From NCBI RefSeq assembly GCF_009914755.1, contig NC_060928.1: DNA of 64,000 bases; one strand, 5' to 3'. Positions 52,859 to 64,000 of this stretch are shown piece after piece. Each line of letters opens with the position of its first letter. Position 1 is the first letter of the stretch. Origin of the DNA: the human T2T-CHM13v2.0 reference genome, Homo sapiens. The position numbers were made by a program, and so were the translations under genes. The notes beneath the pieces are model-generated. The model was not told where the DNA came from, ran no database searches, and was given only the letters and a program-made list of their open reading frames with translations.

Positions 52859-53154
52859 GTGAGTTGTGCCAGTCTGGAAGATCAACACTAAAAGAAAATA
52901 ATAGCGAGAGAATTTGGGGAATGCAGCCCTCCTCCTCCCTTCCCCTCATTCACACCAGGTTTTGGTTTTAGGCATGTGCATATCTTTGGTTAATTGCAAG
53001 TGTCAAGGAATTAGGGTTCCCATGAAACTAGCTCTTCCAGCCCAGGATTGCAGATTTCCCCGTGCACTGTGTTTGTCCTTAGATCGGTGTAGTGCGCGGT
53101 CATTACATTCAACAAGGAAACAATTTATTCCAATGATCATTTCCCTCTCCCTGT

Positions 53155-53290
53155 ATTTTTTTTTCCCTCGTAGACTTAGGGGTCTCGCTTTATTGTCTGG
53201 GCTGGTCTCAAACTCTGGACCTCAAGGAATCCTCCCTCTTCAGCTTCCCAAAGTGCTGGGATTACAGGCAGTGAGCCACCACGCCTGGCC
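53155..53290 (-). mobile_element. Alu monomer
   Basis: Antisense single arm. Confidence 0.85.
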
Positions 53291-53578
53291 TCCCTGTGTA
53301 TTTCTTTCCATTCCCTGTGTTTACCTTTTTTGGTATTTTAGTTTATGAGCTTTCACAAATATAAAACCAGTAAGGGAGGATGGGGAGAGGAACAGAGACG
53401 GAATAAAAAGAAAAGGTGCAAAATTTAAAAAATGAATATCAAAATTACACCAACCCCAATTAAGACTATCCCATTCATAGCCACTAGCTTTAATGGGAGG
53501 AGCCAAACTTTAGTAGAACTTCCCTTTCTAATTTGCTTTCAGGGTTTGAGACTCAAGGATGGTTAGTTATCAATCTGA

Positions 53579-54002
<424 letters not shown>

Positions 54003-54162
54003 CTAGAAATGTTTAGAATATTAGCAGCATGGCCAAAATGATGAGCAGAAGCCTTCCTAAAGAGACACCTCAAAAAGGGCAACACTCTTTTGCATGATTT
54101 TCTTAGTACTTAATGAGCCTTGTACATCCTTGCTCGTAGGAGGCAGTTAATTACTCAGTTCA

Positions 54163-54585
<423 letters not shown>

Positions 54586-55209
54586 CCCCCATCTCTATTT
54601 TTTAAAATTAAAAAAAAATGCTCAGTTGAATTAAAATGTCTCACTGATTATTTAGACAGGAATATATATTTTTGGTTGTCTGCAGAGATAATGTAGCTTA
54701 ACTCTGAAGCCAGCAATTTGTCATGGAGAAAAATTTGTATGATGTGAAATAACTTCTCTTTGTTTTTTGTTTCTTTGTTTTCTCCTCAGTAATTTTTCTT
54801 TTCCTTTTAAGTCCGTCTTAACCATTCTTCCTCCAGTTTAATCTCTGAGATTTTATTTCATCCATCTTCTTCCCCTCTCCCCTAACCAAAGTGTTGTATT
54901 TCATGCAATGAATCAAATGAACATTTTTATACTTTTTTTCTCGCAACAGTGAAATGCAGACTGGGCAGCTGTGTTGATTAATTGGCATTTAATGTTAATG
55001 CTAGAATTTTATTCTAGGCAATTTGTTCTCCTAATGGAATATTGAGTATTACCTTTAGTACTCAATAAGAAAAGCCTGAATTATAATTCTATATAAAATT
55101 AATGCATTAACTAAATGATTGTATTACAGTGATATGTGTGATAGATTATTATTTTTGTCCTCTCCCTCCTATTTTCTATTTTATGAAAGATCTTGTAATT
55201 ATTTTATCT

Positions 55210-55472
55210 TTCTTTTTTTTTTTTTTTAGACAGAGTCTCACTCTGTCACCCAGGCTGGAGTGCAATGGCACAATCTAGGCTCACTGCAACCTCTGCCACC
55301 CAGGTTCAAGCACTTCTCTGCCCCAGTCTCCCAAGTAGCTCCCAAGTGGCACCTGCCACCACGCCTGGCTAATTTTTTATTTTTAGTAGAGATGGGGCTT
55401 CACCATCTTGCCCAGGCTGGTCTTGAACTCCTGACCTCGTGATCCACCTGCCTTGGCCTCCCAAAGTGCTGT
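55210..55472 (-). mobile_element. AluS, truncated
   Basis: Antisense. Confidence 0.9.
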
Positions 55473-55628
55473 GATCTTTCTTAATGACACAGAAAATCCC
55501 ATTCAAATAAATTGTCATAAACCTTTATGAAACTTCTTTTCTTGAAACGTTCGTTTTTATAAGTTCAAATTATAAGGTAAGATGGTATTGTTTACTTGTT
55601 AAATATATTTTTTCTTATAATAATACGT

Positions 55629-55973
55629 TGATATGGTTTGGCTGTGTCCCCACCCAAATCTCATCTTGAATTCCCACGTATTGTGAGAGGGACCTGGCGG
55701 GAGGTAATGGAATCATGGGGACAGGTCTTTCTTGTACTTGTTCTCATGATAGTTAATAAGTGTCATGAGATCTGATGGTTCTATAAGGGGGAGTTTCCCT
55801 GCACAAGCTCTCTTCCCTTGTCTGCCGCCATGTGAGATGTGCCTTTCACCTTCCGCCATGATTGTGAGGCCTCCCCAGCCATATGGAACTGTAAGTCCAT
55901 TAAACCTCTGTCTTTTGTAAATTCCCCAGTCTCGGGTATATCTTTATCAGCAGCATAAAAATGGACTAATACA
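55629..55973 (+). mobile_element. THE1 (A/B) solo LTR in NSUN7 intron 2, sense orientation
   Basis: TGATATGGTTTGGCTGTGTCCCCACCCAAATCTCATCTTG ... GGACTAATACA. Confidence 0.92.
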
Positions 55974-56078
55974 ACAGTCTTGCTTTAAATTATCAGTAAT
56001 TCTTGAATGTGCAAATAGAATAAAATCAGAATTTTATGTAGTGGATTTTCCAAGATAATTAGGAGCCTGCTATTTTCC

Positions 56079-56470
<392 letters not shown>

Positions 56471-57026
56471 TGATATTTTGTAAACTTACATCTGGCTTAT
56501 ACAGTATAAGTTCAAGGAATAATGATTCAGAAAAGAAAACTCAGAATTTCTTCCCTAAGATTTTATAGGAGCTGTAAAACTGCAAAGGTTATTGTGAAAA
56601 TTAAAGAGAGCTTGAGTAATGGTCCCTTTTGTTTGTGAATTTGTGAACAGGTAATTAAATCACATTACCATAATATTTAAGGAGTAGGAGAAGAAAAACA
56701 ATAACAGAAAATCTCTTAATTATACTAATGTTAACTGTATTCCTTTGGTTGTGTCTTATGCTTTTCAGTTTTATTGTTTGTTCCTTTGCTGATGTCCTTC
56801 ATTGTATATAAGGTCTTTCAAGACAGGAAGTATATTTATCTGATTAACCTTTTAAAGATTTAAAGCGCTCCGTAAAATGTTTTTTGAAATGAAGAGTGCC
56901 ATTATTTCTGCTTTACCAAATAACCCCAAGGTCAATTTTCTGCTAACGAAGGTAGAATTACTAATGAAAAGTTGCCTATTCCTATTGAGAGTTTTGTCAA
57001 AGCAGTAGAGTACCAGTAGCCAATTA

Positions 57027-57319
<293 letters not shown>

Positions 57320-57600
57320 TAAAATTTTTTTTTAAATAAAAACCTGGCAATTTTTTTTTAAAGAAATGAACAAACAACAAATTTAAAAAAAAATTGGAGA
57401 AAGAGATATCCCTGAAATTGCTTATCTTTTTCCTGGCTTCTTTCTCCACCTTCTCTAGGTTTATATTTTTGTTGCTGAACTTCGAATCCCAGGAACTGAT
57501 TGTAGCATTAACCTGGTGATTTCAGAATCATATAATCTGTCAGTGAGAAACAGTAAATGCTTAACATATGGTTTGGTTATAGCTTTTGCGAATTAGTAAC

Positions 57601-58145
57601 TGTAGTCAGGGGTTCCTAAGACCACCTCCAGATTCAATAATTTGCTACAAGGACTGACAGAATTCAGCAAAGCTGTTATACTCATGGTTATAGTTTATTA
57701 CAGTGAAAGGACAGATTAAAATCAGCAACAAGTAAAGGTACATAGGGCAGAGTCCAGGAGAGACTAGACGCAAGCTTCCTATTTTCCTTTCCCAGGGTGG
57801 TCTATGGAGAGCGCTTAATTCTCCCACCAATGATAAATAACAACATGAATGAAGCATTGTCAACTAGGGAAGTTCATCTGAGCCTTGCTGTTTGTTTAGC
57901 ATTTTTATTGGGGGGTCAGTTTTGTAGACAAGGTGCAGTCGTGTGGCTGGCTGACCTTAGTTATTCAGTCTCTAGCTTCTTCAGAGACCAAGCCGATACT
58001 GTGTGGTCTAGGACCCCAGGAAAAAAAAAAAGTACCTTTGACAGACAAGATATTCCAAGAACTTAGAGGTTATCTCCTAGGAACCAGTCAAAGGCCAACC
58101 GTTTCTTTAGAATATCCAGAGTTTGGCCACCCAGGCCTGCTGAGC
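57601..58145 (-). mobile_element. MER21-type LTR
   Basis: aaagctgttatactcatggttatagtttattacagtgaaagg...gggcagagtccaggagagac. Confidence 0.75.
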
Positions 58146-58494
58146 AGGAAGAGGGCGAGAGATACCCCAGTTCCTTCTTCCAATTTCACCTGTCTGATAA
58201 ACCCAATTTTTCTTTCATGGGGAGTAGTAAGAAAGGGTAGAGAGAGAGTTAAGGTGTTTCTCTAGGATAAGGCCCTCCACATGGAAACATGTAAAATGGT
58301 GGTTAAGAGATCCCTGAAGCAGACTGAAGAGAAGCTTTAATTAGTGGGGAGAGGGAGAGATAACTGGAGTTATTGGGCTGAATTCTATAATAGGCACGCT
58401 TTGCAACTTTCAAGTAAGTCCTGATAACCTAAATTAGGCATTATCGGTGTGGTGTATTTGGTTACTCTGGTTTGTCATGAGAATAATAAGAGGA

Positions 58495-58715
58495 AGGCAG
58501 CATAATGTTGTGAAGTGCACGTACTTTGGTGCCAGACTGCCTGGGTTTGACTCCTTGATCTGCTACTTGCTCTGTGACTATGAACACATTACTTAACTGT
58601 GCTGTGCCCCATTTCCTATGAAATAAAACAACCTAATTCATATGGTTGTTGTGGAGATTAAATGAATTAATATATGAAATGCACTTAGAACATTGTCAAG
58701 CACATAGAAAACATT
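58495..58715 (+). mobile_element. MIR
   Basis: gccagactgcctgggtttga...gagattaaatgaattaat...gcacttagaaca. Confidence 0.8.
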
Positions 58716-58721
58716 ATATAC

Positions 58722-59416
<695 letters not shown>

Positions 59417-59467
59417 TATAAAGTATACAGTTATTCATGTTGATATTACTATGTGAAAAGGTAAAAT

Positions 59468-59688
59468 TATATATATATATATAAAAATTATATATATATA
59501 TAAATTGCATATATATATACACATTGTGTGTATATATATACATTGTGTGTATATATATACACATTGTGTGTATATATATACATTGTGTATATATATACAT
59601 TGTGTGTATATATATACACACTGTGTATATATATACATTGTGTGTGTGTGTATATATATACACACACACACACACACATACATACACA
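59468..59688. repeat. TA-rich minisatellite, unit ~TATATATA(CA)CATTGTGTG
   Basis: About 7 variant units of roughly 19-23 nt, bounded by (TA)n and (CA)n. Confidence 0.92.
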
Positions 59689-59695
59689 AAAGTAA

Positions 59696-60171
<476 letters not shown>

Positions 60172-60480
60172 TAGGAGTCCAGCATCTCCACTGCTCAAAG
60201 AGGTCTGCCAAGTTAGAAGTCCTTCTTTCTAATACTGTACTTGTTGTGAAAAAAAAGTACAAAAAGTATGAAGTAGATGGGAATTGGTTTGAAAGTACTA
60301 AGGATGTGAAACTGTAAACTTCATTTCCTTATAAGCATAATTACCTTGTGAAGTACAAGTACGTAATTGTGGCTAGAATGTGGATAACGAGTCCCAGAGG
60401 ATTTCTATGGGAAAACTGGAGTCTGTGCTCCCAAATTAGTCACTTCTTTTTAGTTTTCCTATCTCCCAAATGAAATTTAG

Positions 60481-60843
<363 letters not shown>

Positions 60844-60964
60844 TCAAATTCAAGGTATAAATTCAATTTATACCTTGGTTATAGTAGGCTTTCCATAAAT
60901 ATTGAATAAATTGAAGCTAGGCATGCCTACCTTTCTGTTCAACTGATTAAAGCATTTGTTATAC

Positions 60965-61299
<335 letters not shown>

Positions 61300-61514
61300 T
61301 TAAGTAGTCGTACCAAAAAGAACACTCGTGTTCCCTGTGGAAGTTTTTAAATATGTCCACTTGTTTCTACGTAACCGCCTTTGCAGTTATCATAACCTCT
61401 GCCTGGAATGCTGTCCCTTCCTAGATATGCACATGGCTAACTCCTTGTCATTTGGGTCTTAGATTAAATGTCATCACATCAATGTCTTCACTATTGAGTT
61501 TTACTAAATAGTTA

Positions 61515-62035
<521 letters not shown>

Positions 62036-62369
62036 AAACTATTGCTCAACATTATTAATTAGATCCTCTTTAATATTTTTCAAAGGCCATACATTAAAGA
62101 TTGGAATCCTTTTATTACTGCTTTGACTATTCAGATAATGCTTCTTTAACTATGATTCCATGCGGACCCTAGGTCATAAAGGTCCAGCATTCATAAAGAT
62201 TATAAATATTTCATCATGTCACTGTAATTTAAGTCATTATCCAGAATTGAGGTATATTTTAGATATGAAAGTAAATGTATTTTATGGCATTATTACAGTG
62301 TATTTTGATTCCAGAGTTTTCATTTTCCGCTTTGTATTTTCAGTAACAGGCCTTTCCCTTGTTTTGCAG

Positions 62370-62428
62370 ATCAAGATATTTTGGAAACTATATTGATAGA
62401 CAGCTGTATCTTCCCAAGTACCACAATA
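62370..62428 (+). CDS. NSUN7: NSUN7 coding exon 3 (59 nt, YQDILETILIDSCIFPSTTI)
   Basis: Acceptor cctttcccttgttttgcag|A, donor ATA|GTAAGT; completes the phase-1 codon T|AT and continues the frame. Confidence 0.93.
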
Positions 62429-62491
62429 GTAAGTAGATAAGTTTTAGAATTACATCGTTTCATGATTTTTTTTAAAAAAGAAAGTGTTTAA

Positions 62492-62817
<326 letters not shown>

Positions 62818-63106
62818 GATTTAAATAGTTTGCTGAATATTGAAACCTCTTAAATCTTAAATATAGATTCCTTTCAACTTCTAATATCATTCATTTTGGT
62901 GAACATACCAAAAACTGTCTCTTTTGAAAGGGTTTTTTTTTTCTGGATTTTTTCTATTTTGAAGACCTTCCCAATCCAATCAGACTATGTAAAAATAGTC
63001 GTATTCCTGCTCTGTTATGAAAAATAATGGAATGGAATGGAATGGAAAATATTGCTGGTTAGATATTGTTTGTATACTTTTCTTTATATATGTTTTCCCT
63101 TGTTAG

Positions 63107-63237
63107 CCAGATCATTTGAGCAGTCTTATTATTGTGATGCTATATGATTTCCAAGATAGAAAATTTCAAACTCGTGTCCTTTCTGATAATGAAGAGCCCA
63201 TATCAGAAGTTCAAGAAGTAGAGAACCTTCTTAACAG
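63107..63237 (+). CDS. NSUN7: NSUN7 coding exon 4 (131 nt, PDHLSSLIIVMLYDFQDRKFQTRVLSDNEEPISEVQEVENLLN); gene continues beyond window
   Basis: Acceptor ttttcccttgttag|CCA, donor AAC AG|GTAATC; in frame with exon 3. Confidence 0.93.
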
Positions 63238-63851
63238 GTAATCGTAAAAGTGAAAAGAATGTTTTATATGAAACCTACATTGGTATTGTTATTGGTAAAA
63301 TTACATACAGTATAATGTGTAGATAAGAGTTAAATTTTATAGGGAAAAATATAAAAATTCATAAAATTCTTGAATTTCTTTACAAACAGTCTTGAACAGG
63401 TTAAGAATTTTGTTTGAAATCAATTTGTTTTTCAAAGCTTGAATTACAAGATCCAGTATGTAAGCATGTGAGAAATCATTAAAAATTCTCAATAATTTTT
63501 AGCACATAAATTAAACTGTATTTGAAACAGCTACTAATTGCTTAGTTCACTTTATTTATAGCTTTGTAAAACAAAGAAAACATCTAACATGAATCAAATG
63601 AGAAAATTCCAACAGTAGACAAGAATCAACTATTTTCCCAAAGTAAAGAAAAAAAAATTCTACTTAAGAACAAACTAACATCTTAAATTTGTTTTCTTTT
63701 TATCCTAAATATCAGTAGAAGTCTACCATGAGAATAAGAAGTTTCTACCTCAAAGGGTAGATGGGACAGTGGATTAAATTAATGCATGTAAAATGCTCAG
63801 TTAGAACCAGACATAAAGTAAATTGGTCAGTAAATGTTAAGTGTTACTGTT

Positions 63852-64000
63852 TGCTATGGTTTGAATGTGTCCCCCAGAATTCATGTATTGGAAACTTAAT
63901 CCTCAGTATGACAATGTTGGGAGTTGGGGCCTAATGAGAAGTGTTTAGGTCATGAAGATTTCACCCTCATGAATAGATTAATGCTATTATAAAAAGGGCT
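63852..64000 (+). mobile_element. MaLR LTR (MLT1A/MST-like), cut by window end
   Basis: TGCTATGGTTTGAATGTGTCCCCC...ggaaacttaatcc. Confidence 0.8.

Noticed and set aside
52859-52971. Extension of the 136-aa ORF past K99 (CELCQSGR...)
   Set aside because: Read-through into intron 2 beyond a strong GTGAGT donor; the real frame continues in exon 3

Overview
Primate (most likely human) genomic DNA, not prokaryotic. About 51 kb of repeat-dense intergenic sequence is followed by a CpG-island promoter and the 5' part of NSUN7 on the + strand. NSUN7 is a NOL1/NOP2/Sun-family RNA m5C methyltransferase-like gene needed for sperm flagellar motility, recognised here from memory of its N-terminus. Visible gene parts: a non-coding exon 1 ending at 52168, and coding exons at 52561-52858 (exon 52470-52858), 62370-62428 and 63107-63237, which splice in frame through GT-AG sites. 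The gene continues beyond the window. The rest is roughly 70 Alu copies or fragments, old L1 and L2 fragments, MIRs, MaLR/ERVL solo LTRs, DNA-transposon fossils (Tigger4b, MER58, MER63, MER53, MER5) and simple repeats. Nearly all listed ORFs are Alu, L1 or microsatellite artefacts. I see no new multi-gene system. The best leads are: an RFX X-box plus forkhead-palindrome module at the promoter, with a perfect distal RFX palindrome; a uORF before the NSUN7 start; a sense THE1 LTR in intron 2; a tiny TSD-flanked polyA-tailed retroposed insert; and several templated-insertion scars and perfect palindromes. Repeat subfamily names and boundaries were read by eye and are approximate.
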